This document shows, piece by piece, positions 9,779 through 20,053 of a DNA stretch of 64,000 bases. This stretch comes from a virus. The translations under genes were made by a program, and so were the position numbers. The stretch is from positions 6,463 through 70,462 of IMG/VR virus record IMGVR_UViG_3300037010_000424, one strand, 5' to 3'. The notes beneath the pieces were generated by a model. The model was not told the DNA's origin, did not search any database, and saw only the letters and a list, made by a program, of their open reading frames with translations. The stretch's first letter is position 1. Each line of letters begins with the position of its first letter.

Positions 9779-11062
9779 ATGAGTAGGTTAAAATTAGAAG
9801 GTTTTGGTATTGAGGGCATTGACCACCAGTACAATTCTGAGTTAGGGGCAAGGTTAGAAGACTGTTTTACTGAGTTACGTAAGTCTCGTAATGTGACTTC
9901 TCGGACTTTAAAAGATTCACGACTATCCGCTATAGTGGCAGATTGTACAGATGGGATGAAAGTGACATTCGATGTTGATATGGAACAAGCCGATAACCTA
10001 TATGTATTTATGCCAGATTTAAATCGAAACCATGTACTACATGACAAGATTAGAACCATGGTGTATGAAGAACACGATGTTAAACCATTTTTAGAAAAGA
10101 AAGGGTTTTTATCTGGGGCTGTCAATTTAAAGCGAGGAACAGTATCAGGCGACTACACCAAAGTTGAAGCTAACGTGTACATAGGGGTGGGTTTGTTGTC
10201 ACAAGGCTCATGGTGTACAATTAAGGAGCTTGTAGCAGGGGTTCTACATGAAATAGGACACTTCTTTAGTTACTTAGAATTGTTAGGTCGATTCTTAAGA
10301 ACAAACTATCTTTTAGATGAGTTTGTGTCTAAGATGTTAAAGGTGGAATCTAAAGAACAACGAACTGTTTTATTGACACAATTAGAAGAAAACACCAAGA
10401 CAAAAATTGCTAAGAAAACCGATATTGCAGAAACTGCAAGAACAGCTGAAGCGTATAACGTTTTAGTGTTAACTCAAGCCGCTAAAGCTAGTGAATATGA
10501 ACTTGGTGTGAATGTATACGATGTTCGTGCTTGGGAACAGTTGGCTGACAATTATGCAGCTAGACATGGGTATGCAAAACATTTGGCTATTTTTTTAGAT
10601 AAACTATTTAGAACTTATGGACACCAACAATATGATTCCCCAACATACAGAGTGTTTTGTGAGATAACAAAAGTGTTATGGTGGATGTTACCTCTATATG
10701 CTATTCCGACTATGGGGTTTGCATTAGGGTACGGTTTATTAACAGGACTTATGTTAGGTAATCCGTGTGCTGAAGACTACGACCCACCAGATAAACGATT
10801 TATGAAACTTAAACAACAAACCGTTGATGCACTAAAAGATAAGAAATTATCTAAGGCACAAAAGATAAAATACCTTGAGGATCACGAAACAATTGAATCA
10901 CTAATTAACAATCTAAACAGTAAGTCTGAAACCGCATGGTATATGTGGTACACCATGTTTCCTTTTGGTAAGAAAGATGTTAAAGATGCTAAAAGTTTTC
11001 AGGAAACAGAAGGGTTACTTAACAATGACCTATTCGCTACAGTCGCATTGATTTCAATTTGA
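9779..11062 (+). CDS. Virion/head protein with zincin HExxH motif (phiKZ gp83-like)
   Basis: VLHEIGH and downstream EQLADNYA; hydrophobic segment; GGAGG before ATG 9779; divergent from the polymerase as in phiKZ. Confidence 0.75.
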   Translation: MSRLKLEGFGIEGIDHQYNSELGARLEDCFTELRKSRNVTSRTLKDSRLSAIVADCTDGMKVTFDVDMEQADNLYVFMPDLNRNHVLHDKIRTMVYEEHDVKPFLEKKGFLSGAVNLKRGTVSGDYTKVEANVYIGVGLLSQGSWCTIKELVAGVLHEIGHFFSYLELLGRFLRTNYLLDEFVSKMLKVESKEQRTVLLTQLEENTKTKIAKKTDIAETARTAEAYNVLVLTQAAKASEYELGVNVYDVRAWEQLADNYAARHGYAKHLAIFLDKLFRTYGHQQYDSPTYRVFCEITKVLWWMLPLYAIPTMGFALGYGLLTGLMLGNPCAEDYDPPDKRFMKLKQQTVDALKDKKLSKAQKIKYLEDHETIESLINNLNSKSETAWYMWYTMFPFGKKDVKDAKSFQETEGLLNNDLFATVALISI

Positions 11063-11068
11063 TACACC

Positions 11069-11100
11069 TACATATCCACGCATTAATGCGTGGATATGTA
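11069..11100. terminator. 32-bp perfect palindrome
   Basis: TACATATCCACGCATT|AATGCGTGGATATGTA. Confidence 0.8.
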
Positions 11101-11121
11101 AATTCAAAAAATACTTACTTA

Positions 11122-11131
11122 TATATCATCT
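11122..11131 (+). promoter_or_regulatory. Early-type promoter TATATCATCT
   Basis: Recurring motif; 11119-11144 is identical to 49815-49840. Confidence 0.7.
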
Positions 11132-11203
11132 ATTGGAGTTAACAATAATGTTTCTCTCTTTGCTATTAGGATTTAATAGTTAATTATAGTTAGGGTATTT
11201 ACA

Positions 11204-11869
11204 ATGAAAAATCAAATCGCTTTACTGAAAACTTTAATACAAAACAACGACGCAGCCGCGTTGAATGTATTTAACACAGCAACAGCAGAAATGCTGTTAT
11301 CTGGAGATAAGGGTGTTAAAACCCAGCTAATGGCTGGGTGGTGGTTACGCCTTCAGAAAGAAGTGGCAGGGATGAGCTCTTCTATTGATTTGTTCCAGGT
11401 TATTAAACTGGGATATAGTTTAAAAACAAAGTTAGACAGATTGTCTAATGAACAAGAAGACGTTATCGCTTTTGCGATAACGGATGCTGTAGCGGATGAA
11501 ACGTGGCGCAAGGAGTCAGCCGTAGTATTCCTCGAATACACTGCTGGAAGGATTCAGCTGGGGACACTTATAAAAACATTGGTGAACTCGGCACTTATAC
11601 GCCTAGGTGACATTGAGGTGTTGAACCCGTTCATGGGTGACATTACCCACGTTTTAAAGTTAGCGTTGCCCCTTCTAGTGACGGCCGTAAAGGCCACAGA
11701 CATACTTTTGGAGTGGAGCGATAAAGATGAAGAAATGGATGAAGATGAAGATGAAGATGAAGAAATTGATGAAGATGAAGAAATGGCTTTTTCTCCAGCT
11801 AGACGAGATATAAAAACAACAAAAGTTATTAAACTAGGGTCAGTTGGAACTAAAGGGTCCTTTATATAA
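11204..11869 (+). CDS. Accessory hypothetical protein with a D/E tract
   Basis: 221 aa; GATGAA-type repeats encode DEEMDEDEDEDEEIDEDEE. Confidence 0.7.
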   Translation: MKNQIALLKTLIQNNDAAALNVFNTATAEMLLSGDKGVKTQLMAGWWLRLQKEVAGMSSSIDLFQVIKLGYSLKTKLDRLSNEQEDVIAFAITDAVADETWRKESAVVFLEYTAGRIQLGTLIKTLVNSALIRLGDIEVLNPFMGDITHVLKLALPLLVTAVKATDILLEWSDKDEEMDEDEDEDEEIDEDEEMAFSPARRDIKTTKVIKLGSVGTKGSFI

Positions 11870-11877
11870 CAACACGT

Positions 11878-11913
11878 GTGTGTAGCTGGTCCAACCTTGG
11901 ACCAGCTACACAC
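11878..11913 (+). terminator. Intrinsic terminator (17-bp arms, 2-nt spacer, T9)
   Basis: GTGTGTAGCTGGTCCAA-cc-TTGGACCAGCTACACAC then a T run. Confidence 0.85.
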
Positions 11914-11965
11914 TTTTTTTTTGCATTTTATACTATGTCACTAAAATCAATGGGAGTAGAACCAA

Positions 11966-14164
11966 ATGTTTATGTTAAAGGATCGCCAGTTACCAGAGTC
12001 TGATGAGAACGTTCAACGAATAAAAGAATACCTATCACGTGCAAATGTAAAGTGTAAAATCGACATACTCACTTACGTTATAGGTACGCGTATTAAAGTT
12101 ACAGACGTATTAATCGGAGCTTCACGTGAAGAGATAATTAAAGACTTCGATACGATACACAGTCCGACTATTTGTGCACTATTTGATAGACTTTCTAGTT
12201 ATGGAATAATATTTCCACACCTTGTAGTTTTGAATAATATAAAGAATGTGTATGTTAGCAGATTACAGTTAAGCCGCCATGACTTATATAGAGTTTTTAC
12301 TGATAACGGTACACATTGGTTGTCGTTTATTAAGTTACCGAATGAAATGTCAGTGGGGCAACAAAGTAACACTATGTTAGCAGTTGGTGTTACAGTGTTG
12401 GAAATATTTGATTATGTATTAGCACAAAAAAACGAAAGTGGTAAATACAGATATGACCTTCTATCGAATGATACTTTTTGTAACTTGGTAGATGAAGCCA
12501 TCGACCAGTTAAAACATGATGTGGCATTTAATTTATCAGTTGCAGACTGGAGACGGTTAGTACACAGCGTTAAGTCATATTTAGTTAGATTACAGATGGG
12601 CATAGAGTCGCCAGAGGAAACACAAATCACAGCTACGTTTGTGGCATATAGTTTGAAAACCGCCAATGGAGCGTATGATTCCACAAGTGTTAAAACTTAC
12701 ATTGAGGCCGCTGAAATTTTAGAACTAATGGATTCCGAACCAGAACATGGTACGATTGGAAATGTTGGTTTAGAAGACATCGATGTGAAAGGTCAGGAAG
12801 AGGTGTTTTTTTACTCTGATGGTCCTGAGGACGCCATCGATAGAGAAAAACTCAAAAACTTATCCCGAGCAGTAGTGTGTTCGTTTAAGTCCTATACAGA
12901 TGACCATAAACAAATGGTGGAGGCTTTTGAAAACGACCAATTTGTCGGGTACGAAAGTCTTGAAGAGTATGGTGAGAAAATTCAGAAGTTTTTTGAATTT
13001 ATACAGCGGCACCAAAATGTTATTTTTGGTGCTGTTATAGCATTAGTTTTAGCATTTGTTGGGTATCTTTTAAAAAAGAAATTCGATGAGCGCGGAACAG
13101 CCGCAGAGGAAAGTATTAAACAGTTCACCGCTATTATTCAGGAGATTGAGCAGAAGACGGGTGGGAGGGTCGATTTTGCTAAATATGGCGTTGTCCAAGA
13201 GTCTCTAAAAACAGCACATGCTTTTAGTACCGCCCATCGTTCAACCTTAGACGATGCGATACTACACATGACACATGGGTACGACTTAAATGGTCTAACT
13301 GCTACTATAAATGGCCATGTCGAAGCTATACGCGAATGTATGTCAGTGCAAGGTTCTATGATGACACTTATATCAGATGCGTATTCAGATTTACATGATT
13401 GGCGGATGGTGTCTGAGAAACTCAAAAGTATAAAGGCGTTATATATACAAAACGATTTTCATAAAATACCATACACGAGAAAACCATTATACGAGTTTAT
13501 ATCCACGAAGAATCAAGGGCATGCACCTTGGAACACCCCAGAAAATAAAGATTACAATATAGCCACCCCAGATATCAGTACGACCACTGATTCGATGGAC
13601 TGCTTTTGGAATACGAAATTCACCAGTGGAGGCCGCCCAGCTAACACCGTACCCTCTACTCTACGTCCATATAGTAATTTAGGTCCAGATAAACCCGAGA
13701 ACCGTGAAGCAATGGATCTAGGGTTTAATTTATTGAAAGTGTACGGTAAAAACGGGGTTAGTGGGTTGAACAAATTACTCTCTGGTTCAACAGCAGTTCA
13801 GAAACAATTTGAAACTCTAAATAAAAACCACATAGGTCACAGTTTTTCTAATACAGATGACCCCTCAGCTCCACTGTGTTGGCCCATTGGTGCTAAGGGG
13901 TATGGCACTGAAAAACCTACTATATACAGTGGCCGGTACCCTGGATTAAACGCACATCACGCCATGCACGGTGTTATGAAAGGAGGGCTATTTAGTAGCA
14001 GATTTAACGCAGTTTCACAGATTGCAAACTCTATAGTGGATTTACGGTCCGTGGTGAGTAGAATCAGCGCAATGTTAGCAGTGACTGAGAAATACAATGC
14101 GGAACGTGTATCTGAAAGTAAACAATTGCGGGCAGCTATGAAAAAAGCTGGCGATTTAGATTAA
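11966..14164 (+). CDS. Putative internal head protein with a TM helix (gp84/gp86-like position)
   Basis: 732 aa; acidic central region with GIE/GLE/SLE protease-type sites, then TM segment VIFGAVIALVLAFVGYLL. Confidence 0.55.
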   Translation: MFMLKDRQLPESDENVQRIKEYLSRANVKCKIDILTYVIGTRIKVTDVLIGASREEIIKDFDTIHSPTICALFDRLSSYGIIFPHLVVLNNIKNVYVSRLQLSRHDLYRVFTDNGTHWLSFIKLPNEMSVGQQSNTMLAVGVTVLEIFDYVLAQKNESGKYRYDLLSNDTFCNLVDEAIDQLKHDVAFNLSVADWRRLVHSVKSYLVRLQMGIESPEETQITATFVAYSLKTANGAYDSTSVKTYIEAAEILELMDSEPEHGTIGNVGLEDIDVKGQEEVFFYSDGPEDAIDREKLKNLSRAVVCSFKSYTDDHKQMVEAFENDQFVGYESLEEYGEKIQKFFEFIQRHQNVIFGAVIALVLAFVGYLLKKKFDERGTAAEESIKQFTAIIQEIEQKTGGRVDFAKYGVVQESLKTAHAFSTAHRSTLDDAILHMTHGYDLNGLTATINGHVEAIRECMSVQGSMMTLISDAYSDLHDWRMVSEKLKSIKALYIQNDFHKIPYTRKPLYEFISTKNQGHAPWNTPENKDYNIATPDISTTTDSMDCFWNTKFTSGGRPANTVPSTLRPYSNLGPDKPENREAMDLGFNLLKVYGKNGVSGLNKLLSGSTAVQKQFETLNKNHIGHSFSNTDDPSAPLCWPIGAKGYGTEKPTIYSGRYPGLNAHHAMHGVMKGGLFSSRFNAVSQIANSIVDLRSVVSRISAMLAVTEKYNAERVSESKQLRAAMKKAGDLD

Positions 14165-14176
14165 TGGGAAATTATA

Positions 14177-14551
14177 ATGATTTTTATAAACGATGAATGG
14201 GAATTGCACAATGTCATTGGTGATGTAGAGGGGTTTTCTTTAGAGAGTATTACCGATGATAACGCTCAGTTATTAACAGTGTTTGAAACAAAGAAATTAT
14301 TCAATGAACAATACTTCACTGATATGAAAAGGGTAATTGAAGTTAGTAAACTTATAGGGTTGGAGGGGATGAATGTTTCGTTAGCTAGTATACTTGATGA
14401 AATAATTCCAGGTTTTATAAATGACGAGATGCCAATTTCTGCGTTTACTAAAGACCCAACGATTATACAAAAGCAATACGCTTTTAAGAAACTATCAAGT
14501 TATTGTAAACAAGCGTTAACCGAACCTAAATACAGAACCGACCCAGCATAA
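14177..14551 (+). CDS. Small putative virion protein (gp85-like position)
   Basis: 124 aa with FSLES and IGLEG sites; synteny. Confidence 0.5.
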   Translation: MIFINDEWELHNVIGDVEGFSLESITDDNAQLLTVFETKKLFNEQYFTDMKRVIEVSKLIGLEGMNVSLASILDEIIPGFINDEMPISAFTKDPTIIQKQYAFKKLSSYCKQALTEPKYRTDPA

Positions 14552-14554
14552 AAG

Positions 14555-14592
14555 ACATCACCATGTCGAGGATATCCTCGACATGGTGATGT
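14555..14592. terminator. 38-bp perfect palindrome between convergent genes
   Basis: ACATCACCATGTCGAGGAT|ATCCTCGACATGGTGATGT. Confidence 0.85.
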
Positions 14593-14605
14593 ACTTATTT
14601 TTTTG

Positions 14606-17509
14606 TTACTCGTCTGAATCGTAGAGTATAGAAATTGAATCCACCACATCTAACGTGTTATCGCTTTGTACCAAAATTTTACTACCTATGGAAAAGGTTT
14701 GCGTCTTATCCAATATAGTTATCATAGTGGCACCGTTCGGTAAATATTTATCTATAGAATATGAAATGGCTTGGCTTGGCAAAACGGTTTTAACTAACTC
14801 CATTAACTGAGAAACACTTAACACCGATTTCTGTAATTCTGCACTAATAACTTGACGACATAGATTTGTGGTTTGTGTTTGTAGTGATGTGTTCTCAAGT
14901 CCATCACGATTCATATAAATGGTAATTTGTACATCTAATAAACCCACCACGTTAGTAATTATTCCGTTACCTAAATTAACGTTTACGCTGAATGACTCAC
15001 CAGATGGTTTGTACCAAAGTTTAGTTTGTTCGTTTAATAATTTTGTTAATGGTTGAATATCGTTGTCTAAATACGATAAAAACATACTGGGTAACGTTTT
15101 CGCATACATGGTAGTCGTAATGCTAGATGCGTACTTACACTTTGCGTCTATCATGGTTACACCAATGTTGTATGAAACACCATTAGTATAATTCGATGTC
15201 GGTATAACTAATCCGTTCGAAAGTATATAATCCCCAGACCGGTGTAAGTAAACCACATTACCTAAATCGTCTAGTATAGGATCACCAACGTGATGTAGTA
15301 TCTGTAAATCCACATTACCTGATGCGTCAATAGTAAAGCTAGGTCCGTCTGGGCCACTAACATAAACTATATCCTCGTACACAGCAGGAACATCATCTGG
15401 GTACGTCAAATATTCTCCAGCTGTAAGGTTTTCATAAACTGGACAATACAAATTAGGTAAATGTTTTCCAAAGTAAACACTTATAGTTTCATAAGTGGCA
15501 CCAATAACACCTGTGGATCTGTTTAACCTAGGTGTGGTAAACATAGTGTCAAACGCAGTGTGTAGATTACTGTTATCGCCAGGTACCAAATAGAAAACAT
15601 TAAACGTAGTTGTCATATCAAAGAACAAAGGTTCATTCGAACCCGATGCATTCTTAAAATTTAAAAACTTTAACTGGTTAGCTGTATTAATATCAAAGTT
15701 TGTTAATATATCAAATTCAAATGTAGCTTGATTAGAATACACAGCTGCTAAAGAATCTAAATACACTGTGGTGCCACTTCCTACATCGAAATACGATATC
15801 TGACATAACACCGTTTGTAAATTAGATGGAATTGCTGCTGTGAGCATTAACTTATAGGTATTTCCAGATAATGTAACGCTACTGGACATTGTGGCTATGT
15901 TATACACACGTTGTGTGTTTTGTAGTAATAGGTTTCTACCAGTGACTTTAGGGTCATCTAAGTAATACGCCCTTCCAACAAATACGCGGTCGCTGTAATC
16001 CAAAATGTACGTGAAAGGGGTGTACATATATATGCCGCTATTAAGTTTGTCACATAACTGTTTACCTGATAAAGAATTTATTTCGTTAATTTCAGTTGGT
16101 GTTAGTAAACTAGCGTCACCGTTTGATATTGAAAATAGAGCACCCGGAAGAATACTCGTCCTTCCAGAAGAGTGTACAATAACCTCACCGCTTGTATCAT
16201 TGAGCGTATAGTTACTAATCGTAACTTTAACTACGTTATTGGTGGCTAATGGAGAGGCTGAAAAACCAGCCACTGTATTAGCGGGTAAGTTCTTACTAGC
16301 TAAATACATTCTACTTGATACGTTATTGAGTAACACCTCAGTTGAGTAACCGCGAGTTGATAATTCAGCGGTTATATCAGTCGGACGGATTGGGGCTTTC
16401 TTAGAGTTAATTCGGTATATAACACGTTGAGACACCTCGTCGAATGTAAGTGGGTTTATACCACCGGTCACAGAACCGGTACCCTGGATGACTATATCGT
16501 TAATTTTATTAAGTGCTGCTACAGCGTTGATATTTGCATTATTTAAAGTGTCATAATTATCGAATGTGGCACTAAAGTTATTGTAGGTTACTTGAGATAG
16601 ATCTGTTGAAATATCACCCAGTGTAGTGTAAATGTCAACTCGTATAGATGTATCGACTGTGTTTAATGTTTGGTATATATCAGGTAATGTAACAGACAAT
16701 GTATTGTCTGTAAGTGAAAGTAACATAGTTGGTTTTTCTACATCGTACACTTTGTCAGAGAATGTAGTTAACAGTTCAACCCAAGAGCTAGTTCCGTTAC
16801 TCATAAAAACTCTAGCGTAACAGAAATGGTTAATAAAACTAATCGATTGATAAAACGATGCAGTTTGACCCAAGGTGAATTTCTTGCTAAAACTAGACAC
16901 TTGTATAACTGGTAATTCAAATTGTAAATATTTAGTGCCTTCGTAGGTTAAATAATTGTAAGCTATGACGTTGGCTAAATATGGCACTAGGGGGTTTGGA
17001 ACACTTGTGTCGTAATAAACCTGTATTAACTCACCTGGTAAAATGTTAATGATTACAGCGTATCCAATCTGCATAGTTAAATCGTTAACAAAAATTTTAG
17101 TGTCTCTTGGAATGATAACTGTTTTTACAGCCGAACCAGCGACTAGCGGTATAGCGTCATTAAGTAATTGGTAAAATGGAATCATCCAATTTAAAGTGGA
17201 TTTCCCACCAGTTGCAAAAATACCAATGTAGTCCGTATCAGACATGTGGTGATACAAGTCATCCATAGATTGTGCTAAGTACGGATATTGTTTTCTTGAA
17301 AGAGCTTCACTTTTTGCGATCGATACAGCAGATGCACACATCGCTGTTTCTAATAGGTAAACAAATGGGTTACTTGGGTCTACAATGTCCACACCCTTTA
17401 AAGCTAAAGCCAACCCATTGGTAGCGACCTGCATCATACTACTTGGGTTCATATAGAACCTATCTAAGTTACTTACCAAATATTTGGTAAGTGTTGTTTC
17501 AGTTGTCAT
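14606..17509 (-). CDS. Virion structural/baseplate protein (phiKZ gp87-like)
   Basis: 967 aa; N-terminal DPSNPFVYLLE...YPYLAQSMDDLYHHMSD recalled for this family; synteny. Confidence 0.8.
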   Translation of the reverse strand: MTTETTLTKYLVSNLDRFYMNPSSMMQVATNGLALALKGVDIVDPSNPFVYLLETAMCASAVSIAKSEALSRKQYPYLAQSMDDLYHHMSDTDYIGIFATGGKSTLNWMIPFYQLLNDAIPLVAGSAVKTVIIPRDTKIFVNDLTMQIGYAVIINILPGELIQVYYDTSVPNPLVPYLANVIAYNYLTYEGTKYLQFELPVIQVSSFSKKFTLGQTASFYQSISFINHFCYARVFMSNGTSSWVELLTTFSDKVYDVEKPTMLLSLTDNTLSVTLPDIYQTLNTVDTSIRVDIYTTLGDISTDLSQVTYNNFSATFDNYDTLNNANINAVAALNKINDIVIQGTGSVTGGINPLTFDEVSQRVIYRINSKKAPIRPTDITAELSTRGYSTEVLLNNVSSRMYLASKNLPANTVAGFSASPLATNNVVKVTISNYTLNDTSGEVIVHSSGRTSILPGALFSISNGDASLLTPTEINEINSLSGKQLCDKLNSGIYMYTPFTYILDYSDRVFVGRAYYLDDPKVTGRNLLLQNTQRVYNIATMSSSVTLSGNTYKLMLTAAIPSNLQTVLCQISYFDVGSGTTVYLDSLAAVYSNQATFEFDILTNFDINTANQLKFLNFKNASGSNEPLFFDMTTTFNVFYLVPGDNSNLHTAFDTMFTTPRLNRSTGVIGATYETISVYFGKHLPNLYCPVYENLTAGEYLTYPDDVPAVYEDIVYVSGPDGPSFTIDASGNVDLQILHHVGDPILDDLGNVVYLHRSGDYILSNGLVIPTSNYTNGVSYNIGVTMIDAKCKYASSITTTMYAKTLPSMFLSYLDNDIQPLTKLLNEQTKLWYKPSGESFSVNVNLGNGIITNVVGLLDVQITIYMNRDGLENTSLQTQTTNLCRQVISAELQKSVLSVSQLMELVKTVLPSQAISYSIDKYLPNGATMITILDKTQTFSIGSKILVQSDNTLDVVDSISILYDSDE

Positions 17510-17532
17510 TTTACATACCTTTCAATAATTGG

Positions 17533-18801
17533 TTATCTACCTTTTTTATCAGGGGGTAGTATTAGGTTTGGGGTTAGTATAGAAGACCCAACAGATGAGT
17601 TCTGTACCATGCTAGCCAACCCTTCGACACCGACTTTTCCACCAGTTGGTTGTGTTTTAGGTTGTGTTTGTGTACCGGTTTGTTGCGAAGACTTCTTTTT
17701 AAGTAGCTCATCTACTCCGGCTAATATACGCTTAATCTCTTTTATTTTAGTATCGTATATTTGTTTCTCAACCCACCACTCCAATTCAAGTGTATCTATG
17801 TTAATATAAGGGTACGCTTCAAAGTCAAATATTTGTTTAAGATTATATTGGACCTCAGATTTACTCTGATCTAATTTAACCATATTTGATTTACTACCAG
17901 CCATATCTACATTAAATAACTCTACAGTTTCATTAAATTCGTATAATAGAATACTTCGGTTCTTTTCAGCACCAACGCAGTGTAGGTTTATTTGAACCTT
18001 ATTGTTTTCACTATTATACACGTCTGTTCTATTGTATCCGAATTTTGAACCATCTGGATTAGTTGTTGGTATAAAGTACCCCGGTGCAGCAATGTTCTGT
18101 ACAAAGGTTCTAGTCTTATCCATGATTAAACGGTAGTACCTCGATGTATAATCCATCTCGTTACAAATCAAGAACACTGGAAACGGACACACCGTACCTT
18201 CAACTACTCTATTGCCCCACTCTATCCACGCCCCAAACATAGCGCAGATAAAGTCCCCGTCCATGTTGTCAAATGTAGCGGTGATATCGAATACACCATT
18301 AAACTCAGAGTATCCATCGTAAAAGGTAATCTGCTCACCCCGTTTACCTTCGGCACTATTGTAGGTGTCCATCTGTGTGTCAGGCATAGAACTCAGCGAT
18401 TCTAAAAAGTTACTAATCGGTAAAAACGCTTGTTTATCATTTATAAGTTTAGATCTTTGTAGAATTTTAGAATCTTTTAACGCTGAGGCCGATAACGTCT
18501 TAATGTCAGGTTCACCAAATAGATTGGGTGATAACATACATCGTATAGCGTTTGCCATAGAGTTCTCTCTGTCGTCCGCTAGAAAGTCCAATTCGCTTAT
18601 AGCCTTAACATTATTGTATGTTAGGTTACACGCGGGTTTTGTAAAGAATACATACCCCTGATGGTCGGTGTTGTGTGGAATAGGAAGTAGACCTTTGTTA
18701 ATGCTCAAACCATATAACATGGACATTGCAGAACTTCCAGAAGGTCCAAGTCCGTGTTCTAAATTACTTAGATTTAAAAAATCGTTAATACTTAACGCCA
18801 T
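17533..18801 (-). CDS. Virion structural protein (phiKZ gp88-like, tail/baseplate)
   Basis: GYVFFTKPACNL and EMDYTSRYYRLIMD motifs; adjacent to the gp87-like gene. Confidence 0.75.
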   Translation of the reverse strand: MALSINDFLNLSNLEHGLGPSGSSAMSMLYGLSINKGLLPIPHNTDHQGYVFFTKPACNLTYNNVKAISELDFLADDRENSMANAIRCMLSPNLFGEPDIKTLSASALKDSKILQRSKLINDKQAFLPISNFLESLSSMPDTQMDTYNSAEGKRGEQITFYDGYSEFNGVFDITATFDNMDGDFICAMFGAWIEWGNRVVEGTVCPFPVFLICNEMDYTSRYYRLIMDKTRTFVQNIAAPGYFIPTTNPDGSKFGYNRTDVYNSENNKVQINLHCVGAEKNRSILLYEFNETVELFNVDMAGSKSNMVKLDQSKSEVQYNLKQIFDFEAYPYINIDTLELEWWVEKQIYDTKIKEIKRILAGVDELLKKKSSQQTGTQTQPKTQPTGGKVGVEGLASMVQNSSVGSSILTPNLILPPDKKGR

Positions 18802-18832
18802 TGTTTACACCATTATTTGATAGGACACTTAT

Positions 18833-20035
18833 ATGAGTACGAAGAACGATATAACCCACACGCCGCTAGAAATTGCAGCGTCGGTAGCCCACGCTGCTCA
18901 CAATATCACGAGTAATTCACTTGCTGAGTATACACGACCAGCCAGATTAGAACCAATTGCATTAATTGACAAAAGTTTGATGAACAGCTTAAGTGTGGAA
19001 CACATTGTGGCTTTAGAGCAAACCATGGTGTCTGTGTTTAGCGGTATGTATTTGATGGCTATTGGAATGACTATGAAAGTCGGAGACATTGTCCCATTGA
19101 CGATTCTAAGTCAATTCTCAACAAACCGTAGTTTGACATTAGCTGCTGGTAATTCAGTTTACTGGGCGTTTGAAGGACTGATGGATAAGGCTGTTAGCGA
19201 GTTCACACACATGCCAACGTCAGAAGAATTAAGTCTGGTAATGGACACTAACATGAATAACGCATCCTATGGTTTAGAAGCCTGGGGTGATGTGTCAAAC
19301 GTTTATGGTGTCGGTGTAGCCACTGACCCAAAAGCGACAAGTGCGAAAGAAAGTGTAGACATAGATAAAACTATTCACAACATCATGGATGAGTCTAACT
19401 TAGTTGTAGGTAAAATCTTAAACGTACCTATTAGTTACGGTGACCATACCACGACTATTCAAACAACGGTCACTCTACGCCCTAAATCTATCGCTAGCAG
19501 CGATTTAGTTACAATCTGTAGACATAACTCAAGAGACTTGTCTTGGGCTGCTAGATGGCACGCAATGCGTTCTGGTGAAATTTCATTTGTAAAAGACTGG
19601 TTATTAAACCAAGATGTAATTGAGGAATACCGTAGAGGTCTTCATTCAGATAAAACCGGTATATTAATGAACTTGAAATCTAGCCATACGAAAAATATTT
19701 GGGCGGCAATTATCAGCGGCAGAGCTTCACCAAACGCTATCTCTGCAATGATGTTTATAGCCAAAGAAACAGCTATGGATATACAGCGTGCCACTGGGCA
19801 TAAGTTACAGAATTTCCACGATAGAGAAAAAATATTTGAAGGAACCTCTTCCGCCTGGTTAATCGTGGTCGATTCTATTCGTGAGACGTTTACAATTTAT
19901 ACCCGTGGAATCGAGGACACAGTTGATAGCAGCTTTGTTCATATTAAGGGTAATGCAAAGAACCCTAAAGGCGTTGACATTAATCAAGTTATGGAAATGT
20001 TCAAACTTGGTAAAGTCAGCAATATGTTAAACTAA
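18833..20035 (+). CDS. Inner-head protein (phiKZ gp89-like)
   Basis: SLAEYTRPARLEP, NLVVGK, SGEISF motifs; YGLE cleavage-type site; synteny. Confidence 0.78.
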   Translation: MSTKNDITHTPLEIAASVAHAAHNITSNSLAEYTRPARLEPIALIDKSLMNSLSVEHIVALEQTMVSVFSGMYLMAIGMTMKVGDIVPLTILSQFSTNRSLTLAAGNSVYWAFEGLMDKAVSEFTHMPTSEELSLVMDTNMNNASYGLEAWGDVSNVYGVGVATDPKATSAKESVDIDKTIHNIMDESNLVVGKILNVPISYGDHTTTIQTTVTLRPKSIASSDLVTICRHNSRDLSWAARWHAMRSGEISFVKDWLLNQDVIEEYRRGLHSDKTGILMNLKSSHTKNIWAAIISGRASPNAISAMMFIAKETAMDIQRATGHKLQNFHDREKIFEGTSSAWLIVVDSIRETFTIYTRGIEDTVDSSFVHIKGNAKNPKGVDINQVMEMFKLGKVSNMLN

Positions 20036-20053
20036 CTTAACGTTGAGGCGTTT

